DNA of 64,000 nucleotides from Lytechinus pictus (GCF_037042905.1 NC_087250.1:8930001-8994000); one strand, 5' to 3'; numbered from the stretch's first letter, positions 51,001-61,497 are shown. Translations and numbers: made by a program. The notes: generated by a model from the sequence alone, not told the origin.

Positions 51001-54000
51001 ATTTCACACAATTTTCATCAATACTGAGTGAACCCAATGTTGCAGCACAACATGGATAAATTTCTTGCCGAAGGAAATTACACATCTAATTTTCTACTTT
51101 ATATAAGATTGCCCAACTGCAAGGTACATGTAGTTCAACATTGAATCAAATATTTGTGTGGATTATTGAATGATTTTAACATGCAATACATCATTTTAGA
51201 CATTAGCCTCTGCTTTTTAAAAATATTTAATACACCTATCATCGACTGAGCTGTCAAATGATAATAATACCAACATGCTTATATAGCACATATCACTGCC
51301 AAATGCGTCCCTATGCGCTTCGTTTGATATTATTACCCTGGCTTTAGCCCGGCAGCCTTTTACAGCGAGGTGGCATTTCAAGGAATAAATTCCTGCCGGC
51401 TACCCATTTACCTCACCTGGGTCGAGTGCAGCACAACATGGATAAATTTCTTGCCGAAGGAAATTACACCATGGCTGGGATTCGAACCCACGACCCTCTG
51501 TTTCAAAGTCCGAAGATTAATCCACTGGGCCACAACGCTCCACACAAAATGATGAAAAGCTTGAAAAGAAGCTTGATTTTAGAGATAAGACACAAGTAGC
51601 ATCATTCTTTTGCCTTGGAAAATTTCTCTGCAGGAATTAGAACATTTATAGATTGCCACTCTTGCCATATTCCTAAAATACCGTTTTGGAGCTGTCTTCT
51701 CAATTTTTTTTTATAATAAATAATAATAATCAGTACTTACAGACCCATAATGCCATATGAATAGTCTCTATGTGTGATATGTTTTTGACACAGATTTGAA
51801 TCCGTCGAAGTTTGTTATTGTTCTTATATTATGAGGTAGGTTGCCCCATAATTTTGGTGCCATTTCCACATAAGCTTTATCACCAAAAGTCTTGAATTGG
51901 ACTTTTATCTCAGAGAGAATATCCTTTGATTGGGAACAAAATTGTCAAATGTTCAAAATGTGAGATACACCATTTAATCATGATAATGAGACAAATTCAC
52001 ACAATCAATATTTCAACAATAAATGAGTGAACCCCAAACTTCATAGCCTGTATTATTCTTACTCTTTGAAGGTGCTTCATCAATATCAATTTTTTTTTTT
52101 CTTGTGTGTGGGTTATTGTCACTCAAACAATTTTGACAGGTAATGTATTATCAATGTGGAGTGTTGTGGCCCAGTGGATTAGTCTGCTGACTTTGAAACA
52201 GAGGGTCGTGGGTTCGAATCCCAGCCATGGCGTAATTTCCTTCGGCAAGACATTTATCCACATTGTGCTGCACTCGACCCAGGTGAGGTAAATGGGTACC
52301 TGGCAGGAATTTATTCCTTGAAATGCCACCGCGCTGTAAAAGGCTGCGAGGCTAAAGCCAGGGTAACAATATCCAATTAAGCGCATAGGGACGCATTTGG
52401 CAGTGATATGCGCTATATAAGCATGTTGGTATTATTATTATTATCATCTTACACTTTACAATCTGCATATTCAAACCTATAACATTATCTCGAAATTGAT
52501 TTTGGCTCATTGTTTTCAAATCCCAGCCATGGTGTAGTTTCCTTCAGCAAGAAATGTATCCATGTTGTGCTGCACTTGACCCAGGTGAGCAAAATAGGTA
52601 CCTAGTAGGAATTAATTCCTACTGCGTGTGCTCTGTAAGTAATTTCGGCCGCCAATTTGAAGCCGGGGTTATAATATCCAAGTCCTTTTGACACCCATAA
52701 AGACGTTATAATCATAATGTAATAATGCGCTATACCAGAACTGTTTATTATTATTATTGAGGTGGAAGATCAGAAATAGAGGGCGATTTCTTCACAATAC
52801 CTGAATAAGATCCACTAAGAAGCTCCAGAGGATATGTTCAGGAATCTTGTGATTCTGTTCAGCATAAGACTGCAAGCTGAAATTAAAGTGAAATGAAATG
52901 TAATGAAAATAATCCAAGTTTTACCCTGGGAAACTACTACCTCACATTGTATCCCCTCCCCCCAACAAAATAAATTCTCTGCTTTGTTTTTTTTTTCTGG
53001 GACGCACAGTAGAGCTGTAAGCTGGTTCTTCAAATAGCCCTGCTTATTAGCCTGGAGGACCCCTTTCAGAAACCTTCATTGCATTCCTGAGGTGGGCACC
53101 TGAAACAAGCTAAAGGCAGGCCCACATTTATAGAATACAAGCTTTAATAGATATAAATATACATGTAAGTATTTCAAAATTCAAAAATAGATATAAATAT
53201 TTTGCCTCTGAACATCTGAAGGACTAATGAAATCAAAAGCAAAGAAATAAGAAATGGAAGCAGGAGGGGTGTATACATGTACATATCATTATCTACGAGA
53301 GGTAAAATTTTTTCTGCTTCGCTTTATCCCAAATTACATGTACCTCGGCCTTTCTTCTGTCATCTTGCACAGTTCTATCTGTTCGTCCTCTCTCCCAACA
53401 ACCCCAGGCTTTTCATTGTACAGTTCAGTCTGTAAATGCTCTCCCTCTCCCCACCCCCATACCCGACCCTCCCTCCCTCAGCCCTTCTTGCCATCTTGCA
53501 CAGTTCTGTCTATAAATGCCCTCTCTTACCCCATCCCCTTCCCATACGGATACCCCACCCTCCCTTAGCCTTCTTACGTTATCTTGCACAATTCTCTCTG
53601 CATATCCCATAATGCTCTCTCCCCACCCCTCCCCCCCTGATACCTAACTATCCCTAACAGTTCCAGCTATATAAATGATGCACAGCATTTGTATAGCGCC
53701 ATGTATCTGTCAAAGACATTCAAAGGCGCATTGGAGGAACCAGCCAATCTGGGTAGCCTAGAAGGGCGCGCACACAGAACTGTGACCCGCAGGTCTCTCC
53801 TCCCGATATCTGGGGGAATGCAGGAGACCACTACACCGGGGTTTCCCCCTACTCTTATTCGAATAGTGCAGTGGGTTCTTTACGTGCAAAGGTGGTGATT
53901 CTCCTCTACACGGTGCCTCCGTTTAACATCCTATCCAAGGGACGGACTGTTTTCCACTGTAACATTGCCTGCATCTATGAAACATGGGAGAGACATTTAC

Positions 54001-57000
54001 ACACAACGCACTGGCTTCAGTCATCCGCCCGGGGTGGCAGACGCGTTACCGACTGAGCCAACTTTGCTTTCAAATGCCCTCCCTCACCTCATCCCCACCC
54101 CATACAGATGCCCTACTCTCCCTCATACTTCTTACAACTGTATGTCATCTTCTACAGTTCTGTCTGTATATAAAATATCCTCTCACCCCGTCTCCACCCC
54201 CATACCCAACCCTCCCTCAGGCTGTCTTACGTCATCTTGCACAGTTTTCTCTGTATATCCCATAATGCTCTCTCTCCGCGTCCCCCCCCCCCCCCCGATA
54301 CCTATTATAATAAACCCTCCCTCAGCCCTTCTTACGTCATTTTGCAGAGTTCAGTCTGTATATATAAATGTCCCCTCTCAGCCCATGCCTTATAGAACTC
54401 CACACAGTTGGGGTGTTTGGAAAGACTCTCGTGTTTCTTCACTTCTTCTAGCTTTCTCCTCCTGCAAATTTAATTATAATCATTTCAAAAATAAAATCAT
54501 AAACATTATAGCCTACTTATAGTTTGTTAAAATGTGAATTATATCTGCATTGAAGTACATGTATTTCTCTAATATTCAGATCTTGGAAGAGTGTCGCAAA
54601 TGTTTACAACAGTTTTGATAAGTGATCATTCATACTAATTTGAATTTGAATGTTCGACTCAGATTAAAGACCGTTTCTGTTAATATTATTCTAGTCCTCA
54701 TTCACAGTGCTGATAAATGAAGCACTTTCAAAGGAGGATATAAAATAAATGAATTCTTAAAAATAAAATGCCTTTCCATTAAAGAAATTTGTTTCTTGAA
54801 GTTTTCCCCCTTTCCCCATTAAAGAATGCTGTGGCCGAGTGGTCCATGGCGCCCGGCTACACCATGAAGGTCTGGGGTTCGATACCCAGCACAGCCCTTG
54901 GCCAAGGAATTTTATCCACATTGCTCTGTTATCTTGCATCTAATAAATGAAAATGCTTTATGCATTATTGATACCAAGAGTAAACACAGATATCATGAAA
55001 AAGTCTGTAAAACCAAGGTTTATTGTTACCATATTATCCTAGATGTACATGTAGATCAGGTACAGGGCCTTTTCACACATGAATCTTGAATCATCTTTGT
55101 AATAATGATTGCAATTTGTCTTTAGAATCATCAGACCTTTCACACCCTCACTCAAAAACTATGATTTGAATTTGAATTCCTGAGCAAAGGCGATATGTGT
55201 CCTTGGTGACTTGTCAATCAAAGCACTGCATCGCAAATACAAACTACGATGAGTGCGTGACAATTGTATTATCTATGGAAGTGCCTGAAAGGTCACGTAA
55301 GCTCCGCCCCCCCAAAAAAATGTTTTAGAGTTCAAGCCTTTCAAACGCAAACTTCGTACTGTAAATTGAGTGAAACTTAACTGGAATTCATCTCCGGAGT
55401 AGAATTTGAATTCGTGATTGTGATTAGCGTTCATGATTCTAATCATGTTCTACTTTGGATTCACACGTGCTAAAAATTTATTCTTCTTTGTCACTGGAAT
55501 CATCATTCAAATTACGACTTTTTTTACAGTATGAAAGGGCAGACAGTTATTTTGGTGAAATGTCATGCTCAATTTGCTTATTTCTCAGCAATTACACAAT
55601 TTCTTCCAGAGTCCTCTGGAACATATTTCAATCCATACACATACATACAGACATTTGGGTGGCCCCTTTGTTTGATACCATAAAGCTCATTTTGAAATTG
55701 TTACCATAGCTAACATTTATCTAAGAAATAAATAAGGTTAGGCTTTGTTATATCTTGTGGCTTTGAGCTGATACATTATTCAATAACTCACTTGTCCGAC
55801 TCTCCTCTGAACCTATCTCTTGATCTCTTGACCGCGTAATACCCGCCATCTTCTTTACTCTGGACCTTGAAAACCTGGTATGAATGCAACAAAAACATGA
55901 GTTAAAGGCCAATGTGAACACATCATTTTATCACTCATTGTATGCGTTGAGTGAAGTTGATCAACACTACTAATATGACTTGTATCATACTATTACTAGG
56001 GGTGGGCAAATAAAACATTTTTGGTAAAAATTGCTCCCAAATGACAATTTTTGTACAATAGAACCTTGATTATACATGTATGTTCATCTGTCGTTTGTTA
56101 TCTGTCTGAATATTTGTTTTCATGGCCACTGAGTCCAACAATAGATAAAACAGACATGTTTGGTCTTTTGTACTGTCCTTTTTAATAAAAAAAAAATATC
56201 AATTAAGATGATAGGTTAAATCAATACTTTCAACTGAATACCAGCCTAGGGCTCCAAACAAACAAGCGGGTAAGGAAAATTATTGAATTTTACTTGCCTG
56301 ACACAGCAATCTACTTGCCCTGGGCAAGCGGTAGTGTCATTATTATTAAAAGGTTATGATTTTAATTTGTTTATATAGAGGTTTTATAGAGGAATACTTT
56401 ATGAAAGATTTAATGATTTTATTTTAAAAAATAGCTACATGTATGGCAAGCCAATGAATTTTTGGTTTGAGACAGCATGATTTATCCAAAGCTACTTTAT
56501 AATTTCTTACTTCTCCAAATGATCCAGCTCCTAGTCTTCTCTCCACTCTGAAACACTGATCAAAATAGAGTTCTCCACTGCTTTGGTTATAGTGAGGGCT
56601 CTGGAGAACAGCTGGAAAATAGACTAGTCAAGGAATATAAACATCAATTGGGCATTGAAGCATACACCTGTAATTCAAGCTACAACCATGAAAAGGAACT
56701 TTACAAATTGATGCAGAGCTTTGTTGAATCGTGACGTTAAAACTCTGTCCCAGATGTAGGCAATAATCATATCATATTTAATATTCATGAGTGTAAAGAC
56801 AAACAAGCATAGATCACTTTGAAGGAGTACATCTATAGTGTGTGGCAAAAGAAGTCAAATTTGACTGATTGTCATACTGTGTAAAGTCCTTAATCTTAAA
56901 GGAAAATATCACTATAATCCTTAAATTGGCAAAGCAATACAACCCAAATTTCAATGCATTCACAAGAAAGTTTGTAAATTTTCAACCCATACTTTACGAG

Positions 57001-57620
57001 TTGCTAATTTAAAGAATAAAGCTGGAAAAACAAGAGCTTCAAATTGCTGCTAGTGTCAAATGAGTTTGAAATACTTTTTTCCATGTAGGATACATTGATC
57101 TGTAGTGTTGTCAACTTGAAATATAAAATATATTGAAGACCTTTTATTATGATTATTGTCTTTTGAAAATAATTAAAGACAACATTTTCTACAAAAGATG
57201 CATTTATTTCTATAAGTGTGAAATAATCATATTGTTGCAAGTTTGAAGAATAAAGAGCTCTGAATTTTATTTTAGTCTCATTAGTTTTTGTACATTCTTT
57301 CTTTTTCTTTCTTCCATCCTTCCTTCCTTCCTTCCTTCCTTCCTTCTTTCTTTCTTTCTTTCTGTCTTTCTTCTATCTTAAGGATATATTTATTTGCTTG
57401 TATAAAATAGTACAAGTGTTGTCATCTTGGAATAATTAATCTTAATCGTAATCACTATTTTCTATTGAAGGATACAGTTATCTGCTTGTCTGAAGGACAC
57501 ATTTGTAGCTCTGTTCTCATCCTCTGTTCTAGATCGGTGAGGAAACAAACGGCTCACAGACGGAAGACTCTTCGCTGGAGGACGCGGTGGTAGAGAGCCA
57601 TGAGGGGTCGAGCCAGTATT
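26648..57620 (-). CDS. PKMYT1: Membrane-associated Tyr/Thr Cdc2-inhibitory kinase Myt1 (Wee1 family), 5'-partial, 14 exons, 539 aa in window
   Basis: Phase-consistent exons total 1620 nt including the stop. Motifs: [55 protein letters not shown], a hydrophobic membrane segment, TP/SP sites and C-terminal EPRSL (RxL). The start-codon exon was not found in the window. Confidence 0.93.
27030..27596. mobile_element. Kolobok-like MITE
   Basis: TIR AGGRGAATGAAACC, TTAA TSD. Confidence 0.8.
27615..27792. repeat. (CATC)n/(CATT)n microsatellite
   Basis: Direct observation. Confidence 0.85.
27937..28132 (-). CDS. PKMYT1: Myt1 exon M (KLSPCGSP...[11 protein letters not shown]...EPRSLSL)
   Basis: Resembles the vertebrate Myt1 tail (TPR..CTP..LD..EPRNL), GTAAGT donor. 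Confidence 0.85.
29079..29348. mobile_element. Harbinger-like MITE (CWG target)
   Basis: TIR GGCCCCGTTGTACAAAGAGTTACGATTGATCCGATCAATCG, partial copy at ~13890-14060. Confidence 0.8.
29854..29964 (-). CDS. PKMYT1: Myt1 exon L ([18 protein letters not shown]...)
   Basis: tttag acceptor, GTAAGT donor, TP/SP sites, phase 2/2. Confidence 0.8.
30015..30635. mobile_element. piggyBac-like MITE
   Basis: TTAA|CCCTAA..GACTGGG ... CCCAGTCTATTTAGGG|TTAA, related copy at ~40580-41260. Confidence 0.8.
30640..30971. mobile_element. Second piggyBac-like MITE sharing the TTAA of the previous one
   Basis: TTAA|CCCTTATCAAACTGGG ... CCCAGTTAAGATAGGG|TTAA. Confidence 0.75.
31241..31666. mobile_element. hAT-like MITE
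   Basis: TIR CAGACCTGCCAAC, imperfect 6-bp flank duplication, close copy at 44597-45021. Confidence 0.75.
32598..36759. mobile_element. 4.2-kb hAT-like non-autonomous element inside the left arm of the foldback
   Basis: GGTTCTAT 8-bp TSD, right end GGATCCGCGCCTG, degenerate left end TTGGTGCGGTTCC. Confidence 0.7.
36980..37301. mobile_element. hAT-like MITE
   Basis: CATTGGCGGCGGAAG...CTTCCGCCGCCTAAG, TAATTAAT TSD. Confidence 0.8.
39343..39757. mobile_element. hAT-like MITE
   Basis: TAGTGTTGT...ACAACACTG, TSD ATAACTAT/ATAGCTAT. Confidence 0.7.
40124..43070 (+). pseudogene. Decayed multi-exon gene inside the Harbinger-like element (product unknown, T/P-rich and Q-rich segments)
   Basis: Exon-like blocks 40124-40485, 41928-42044 and 42763-~43070 with AG/GT borders and downstream AATAAA. 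In-frame stops appear on splicing. Confidence 0.45.
41305..41557. mobile_element. hAT-like MITE
   Basis: CAGTGGCGTA...TACACCAGTG, ATGGATTT TSD. Confidence 0.8.
43848..43965 (-). CDS. PKMYT1: Myt1 exon K ([11 protein letters not shown]...PIHN)
   Basis: tttcag acceptor, GTAGGT donor, phases 1/2 fit. Confidence 0.82.
44086..44383 (+). mobile_element. tRNA-derived SINE
   Basis: GTGGCCCAGTGG A-box, GGTTCGAATCC B-box, (TTA)n tail. Confidence 0.85.
44470..44535 (-). other. Duplicated 3' part of Myt1 exon J with intact donor; candidate 66-nt cassette exon
   Basis: Encodes (D)[21 protein letters not shown], identical to exon J, with 6 differences that are all synonymous. Donor GTATGT, weak AAG acceptor. 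Confidence 0.5.
44597..45021. mobile_element. hAT-like MITE (copy of 31241-31666)
   Basis: TIR CAGACCTGCCAA, CAATAG/CAATAA flanks. Confidence 0.75.
45073..45539 (-). pseudogene. Second exon-J duplicate, split by a ~395-bp insertion (pseudo-exon)
   Basis: cccag|(D)[21 protein letters not shown], interrupted by an AT-rich LINE-tail-like insert with AAAGCT duplication. Donor is GC. Confidence 0.55.
45663..45825 (-). CDS. PKMYT1: Myt1 exon J ([15 protein letters not shown]...SSWDLSFSD)
   Basis: Membrane-association segment, GTATGT donor. Confidence 0.88.
45925..46150 (+). mobile_element. tRNA-derived SINE, second family
   Basis: GGTGGCTCAGTTGGTAGAGC head, degenerate B-box, non-tRNA body. Confidence 0.65.
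47052..47197 (-). CDS. PKMYT1: Myt1 exon I ([10 protein letters not shown]...ALCRM)
   Basis: Subdomain XI, GTGAGG donor. Confidence 0.9.
47683..48160. repeat. (CTA)n imperfect microsatellite, ~480 bp
   Basis: Direct observation, source of the poly-Val ORF. Confidence 0.95.
48323..48429 (-). CDS. PKMYT1: Myt1 exon H ([16 protein letters not shown]...)
   Basis: Kinase subdomains IX-X, GTATGT donor. Confidence 0.92.
48791..48882 (-). CDS. PKMYT1: Myt1 exon G ([17 protein letters not shown]...ADVF)
   Basis: APE motif, GTAAAC donor. Confidence 0.93.
49105..49510. mobile_element. PIF/Harbinger-like MITE
   Basis: AGCCCAGCGCATACTATGC...GCATAGTTTGCGTTGGGCT, TAA/TTA flanks. Confidence 0.7.
50155..50566 (-). 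mobile_element. tRNA-derived SINE, third family (copy at 53685-54062)
   Basis: Reverse strand TTGGCTCAGTCGATAAC..GGATTCGAGTCC, body shared with 53685-54062. Confidence 0.75.
50806..50928 (-). CDS. PKMYT1: Myt1 exon F ([17 protein letters not shown])
   Basis: Catalytic loop and DFG, GTAAGT donor. Confidence 0.95.
51260..51543 (-). mobile_element. tRNA-derived SINE
   Basis: Near-identical reverse complement of 52155-52443. Confidence 0.85.
52155..52443 (+). mobile_element. tRNA-derived SINE
   Basis: A/B boxes, core and (TTA)n tail. Confidence 0.85.
52801..52876 (-). CDS. PKMYT1: Myt1 exon E (TLQSYAEQ...LVDLIQ)
   Basis: ttcag acceptor, GTATTG donor. Confidence 0.9.
53345..54335. repeat. Degenerate tandem array derived from the Myt1 exon D 3' end plus donor
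   Basis: Repeated CAGCCCTTCTTACGTCATCTTGCACAGTTCTGTCTGTATATAAATG-like units, interrupted by a SINE. Confidence 0.7.
54336..54461 (-). CDS. PKMYT1: Myt1 exon D ([12 protein letters not shown]...[10 protein letters not shown])
   Basis: tgcag acceptor, GTAAGA donor. Confidence 0.92.
55792..55874 (-). CDS. PKMYT1: Myt1 exon C ([18 protein letters not shown]...)
   Basis: AVK motif, GTGAGT donor. Confidence 0.92.
56511..56611 (-). CDS. PKMYT1: Myt1 exon B (SVLQSPHYN...LGAGSFGE)
   Basis: ccag acceptor, GTAAGA donor, Gly-rich loop. Confidence 0.9.
56612..57475 (-). other. U12-type (minor spliceosome) GT-AG intron in Myt1
   Basis: 5'ss GTATCCTT and branch site TTCCTTGAC (56635-56627) with the A 17 nt from the 3' end. 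Splicing here restores the reading frame. Confidence 0.85.
57476..57620 (-). CDS. PKMYT1: Myt1 exon A (NTGSTPHG...SFRQADN)
   Basis: tttcag acceptor, U12-type donor GTATCCTT. Confidence 0.85.
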
Positions 57621-58740
57621 CTGAAACAAATCAAAAAAGAAAAAAAATGTTACAATTCTAGATTTAATTCAATATAGTAGTACAACACAATTTGTTGGGA
57701 GCCATTGAGGTTCTATGAAGTGGTTTCAGGCAGACGAGAAAAGAATGAAAGGTTTTAGTTTACTAGTATAGTAGAACATGGTAGGCTTTACTTGTGGACT
57801 ACACTTGTAGCCAATGATAATGATTCACAGCATTTATATCGCATGATAAACAATCATAGGTGCAGATTAAAGCCTTATAAAAATTACAGTGTGATGTGTC
57901 TCCTGAAATTGTCACTTTGGTTTACATTTATTACACCTTTTTTGTTTAATTAGGCCCAGATCTTCTGTTAGTGTTAGTTTCACCAGGATTTTATTTTTGT
58001 AAGTTTCTTGAATTCCCTTAGGTACATCTCGAGCAAATGAGAATGGAGTAATAATAATTACATTCACTGTTTTATAATTAATTAAATAAATATGAGTAAA
58101 CTTTTAAACTTTTTCATTTTTTTTCCTTCAATTTTAGTGGATGGGACTTAGGTCTTGCTGGCTTGTACAATATGTAGGCCTAGGCCTATATTGAAAATAT
58201 TTTGCGTGTTACCTTATTTTCCGCAAAGTCGCATATATCTCAAAATAAATCAATATCTTGAAAATCTGATAACACCAACAGAAAAATTAACTTAAAGTTA
58301 AAATTACCCAGATGAGTAATTTTGTTGAAGATTTGGTGTCCATTTGTTGAAATATTGACAAAATTTGTTGACTTTTGCATCCGTTCAATGAAAGTCAGAA
58401 CTTCTCGACAAGCATCAAGAAAACACAATTTTTGCAAGAAGTGCCAGGTCTCTAAAGTAAAAAAAAAAAAAAATGTGATACCAACCGATTTTATGGCATT
58501 TTAAACTCCATCTGATAGTGATACTATTAATCTTACCTTTGTCCACTCCTAGTCCATTTCTATTATAAAGCTTTGCAAAACGATCATGCGAAAGTAAAGG
58601 TCACACCTTTTCAGCCACTCACATTAACTTCATCCATACTCGATCACCATTGGCATGGATGATGCAAATTAAATTGAGATAGCGATACCAGCGAAACCCT
58701 TGATCTACTAAAGTTACATTATAATTCCATCAATCGATTT

Positions 58741-58976
58741 TAGGGACAGTGATTTTCCGTTTTACCGGTAAATAAAATGGAAATTCCGTTTGGTTCTTAT
58801 ACTTTTCATGTAAAATTTAACGGAATCCACCTTTGCAAAACGGAGGTCAGGTTTTTGCTGTGTACATTTTCAGTGACAAAACGGAATTTCCATTTTTAAA
58901 TCAAGTTCAAACGGAATTACAGTGATTTTCAGAAACAGAAAATACAATTTTTTGAGACGGAAAATCACTGTCAATG
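58741..58976. mobile_element. hAT-like MITE
   Basis: GACAGTGATTTTCCGT inverted repeat, CGATTT flank duplication. Confidence 0.65.
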
Positions 58977-59333
58977 CGATTTTAACTATCATTTGATCAG
59001 TGATCATGACTAGATAGGATCTTGCCTTCTGTTTGGTATTGATGATTTCAATTAACTTTGATTGTGTGTGAACTTTGAGTTGGACATTATAATTTGGGGG
59101 TTGAAAACTTGAATGATAATTTTTCAAATCGACAAATGTGCGCAAATTGGCATAATCGTGATATAGTCCCCAAATCCAGAAGTGGGGATTATTAGAATCA
59201 CACCTACCAGAACGCATGAAAATCACTTCCTTTCTCCAGAACACAGTCTCCAACTCTCGCACAACTCTGTGGCAAAATGATAACACACACAAATAACACA
59301 TTGTATATAAACACTAGGGTTCTCTCCCTATTA

Positions 59334-59635
59334 TATACTCGTGATACAGTCCCCACTCAACGGGAAATCAAGCTTGATTTTCACGGCGGTGGGGACAGTT
59401 TCAACAGTATATATACTCGTGATCCAGTCCCCACGCTATGGGATACACGGTTCACTTTGCACGCAGTGGGGACAGTTTCAACAGTATAGTATACTCGTGA
59501 TCCAGTCCCCACGCTATGGGATACACAGTTCGTTTGGCACACAGTGGGGATAGCTCCAACAGTATATTATACTCGTGATACCGTCCCCTCACAACATAAA
59601 ATCGTGCTCGTTCAACAAGGGGATGGGGACAGTTT
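59334..59635. repeat. ~78-bp tandem repeat with palindromic constant part and variable spacer
   Basis: ATACTCGTGAT..GTCCCC at ~59335, 59413, 59491 and 59570, paired with GTGGGGAC. Confidence 0.8.
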
Positions 59636-60895
59636 CCCGATGCATTGTGACAAGGATAAAACATTTTAGAGTATGGCTGCGGAAGTTGAGGGAGGGGGAC
59701 TTCAGCTAGTCTGCTGGGCAAACCCTTCGCTCGAGTTAAGGGTCTGAATGTGCAGCCTACTCATGCCTTGTGTACTGAAGGCTCTCTCGCGAAGGGTCTG
59801 CTTCATCTTTGGAAGTTGGGCACAAATTTTGCTATGTCAATCACTGTGAGTTTGTTACCATGACATTCCCTCTCTGAACTCTCCTCCCACTAGCTGGTCA
59901 TTTGGGCCAGTCACCTACTGGGCAGGAGATCAACTGGTGTTTGTTTAATTACACGCTGCATCGCACTTATACTCCTGATTGAAACTCCAGTCTAGCATTA
60001 TGCAATAGCATAGTGGCATACATATATGGCAAATGTCTTGCCATGTTCCCTGACTCCCTGATAAATAAATGTTGCTTTCTCTCTTTTTGAATCTTGATAG
60101 TTTTCTTAATTGTGCATGTTGGTATGTTTATTATTTTGGATCACACAGTGTTTTTTTTAAACAAAGCCCTTTTCGTTGCTTATAATTAACATTGTACAGC
60201 AAAGTTTTATCAAACAAAAGTAATCTTTGACAGCGCAGGCATAACATTTTATCCTACATGTATAGGCATTAGAAGGCAAAGAAAGTTCTGGAAATATTCT
60301 CCAAAACTGTAACATCAATATCAATTTTGTTGATATTATCTTAATTATCAAGTTTTAGTTTGTAGGCTTATATGGGTTTGTTTTCCCCTATAATTATTGG
60401 AAAAAAGCAAAGCATTTATCAATTTACACTCACTAAATTTGATATCAAAGATACTCTCGAATAATTCATATTCATCTACAATATGCCTTTTGTGGTTCCA
60501 CATGTACAAATTTGCTCAGTCATATTAATAATTTTTCATAATATATGATTACAAACAGAAGGAATTGAAACATTTCACATCATAAGATAATGCAAATGAA
60601 AATGGTGTGTGACATGGGTAATTCTCTCATTTGCATGATGATCAGGAGGTAGGCCTTCATGTACAAATGTATAAACATTAAACTCAATGTTTTGTGAAAA
60701 ATTAATGTCATAACATTCTTATCTTTAACACCAACTCGATTACTTAAAATGGTAAAAGAAAGAAATAACATTTTATAGAAATTACACTAAAAATGAGACA
60801 GCAAAAAGCCGAACAAACCCTGGAAAATACAAAACTACTACAACCTATATATCAATTGAAATACTGATCGAAAGAAAAAAAAAAGAAAACATTAA

Positions 60896-61497
60896 AGGTC
60901 AAGTCCACCCCAGAAAAATGTTGATTTGAATCAATAGAGAAAAATCAAACAAGCACAATGCTGAAAATTTCATCAAAATCGGATGTAAAATAAGAAAGTT
61001 ATGACATTTTAAAGTTTCGCTATTTTTCCACAAAATAGTTATATGAACGAGTCAGTTACATCCAAATTAGAGAGTCAATGATGTCACTTACTCACTATTT
61101 CTTTTGTTTTTTATTGTTTGAATCATACAATATTTCAATTTTTACAAATTTGACAATTAGGACCTCCTTGCCTGAACCACAAAATGTTCAAATAATGGAA
61201 TTCCACATGTTCAGGGAGGAATGAAACTTCGTTTCACATGACAATGAAGAGAAAATCAAAATATTTCATATTTCATATAATAAAATACAAAAGAAATAGT
61301 GAGTGAGTGAGTGAGTGATGTCATCAGTTCCCTCATTTGCATGCCAACCGAGATGTGCATATAACTGTTTTGTGAAATGAAGTGAAACTTTAAAATGTCA
61401 TATTTTACATCCGATTTTGATGAAATTTTCAGCATTATGCTTGTTGGATTTTTCTCTTTTTATTCAAATCAAGTCATTGTTGGGGTGGACTTGTCCT
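60896..61497. mobile_element. Kolobok-like MITE
   Basis: TIR AGGWCAAGTCCACCCCA, TTAA TSD. Confidence 0.85.

Noticed and set aside
53965..54522. 185-aa plus-strand ORF
   Set aside because: Made of a SINE end, the pyrimidine-rich exon-junction repeats and the antisense of Myt1 exon D.
57464..57475. Myt1 as a pseudogene because of TAG after ...ADNCILQ
   Set aside because: The stop lies inside the U12-type intron, and the spliced frame is open across all 14 exons.
59208..59266. 59-nt exon-like block (ccacag...ATGCGTTCTG|gtaggt) as the Myt1 first coding exon
   Set aside because: Its ATG ends in phase 1 whereas exon A needs phase 0, and there is no Myt1-like sequence. The start exon is unresolved, probably beyond the window.
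59334..59635. True CRISPR array
   Set aside because: Eukaryotic intron context, no cas genes, spacers related to one another and degenerate repeats.
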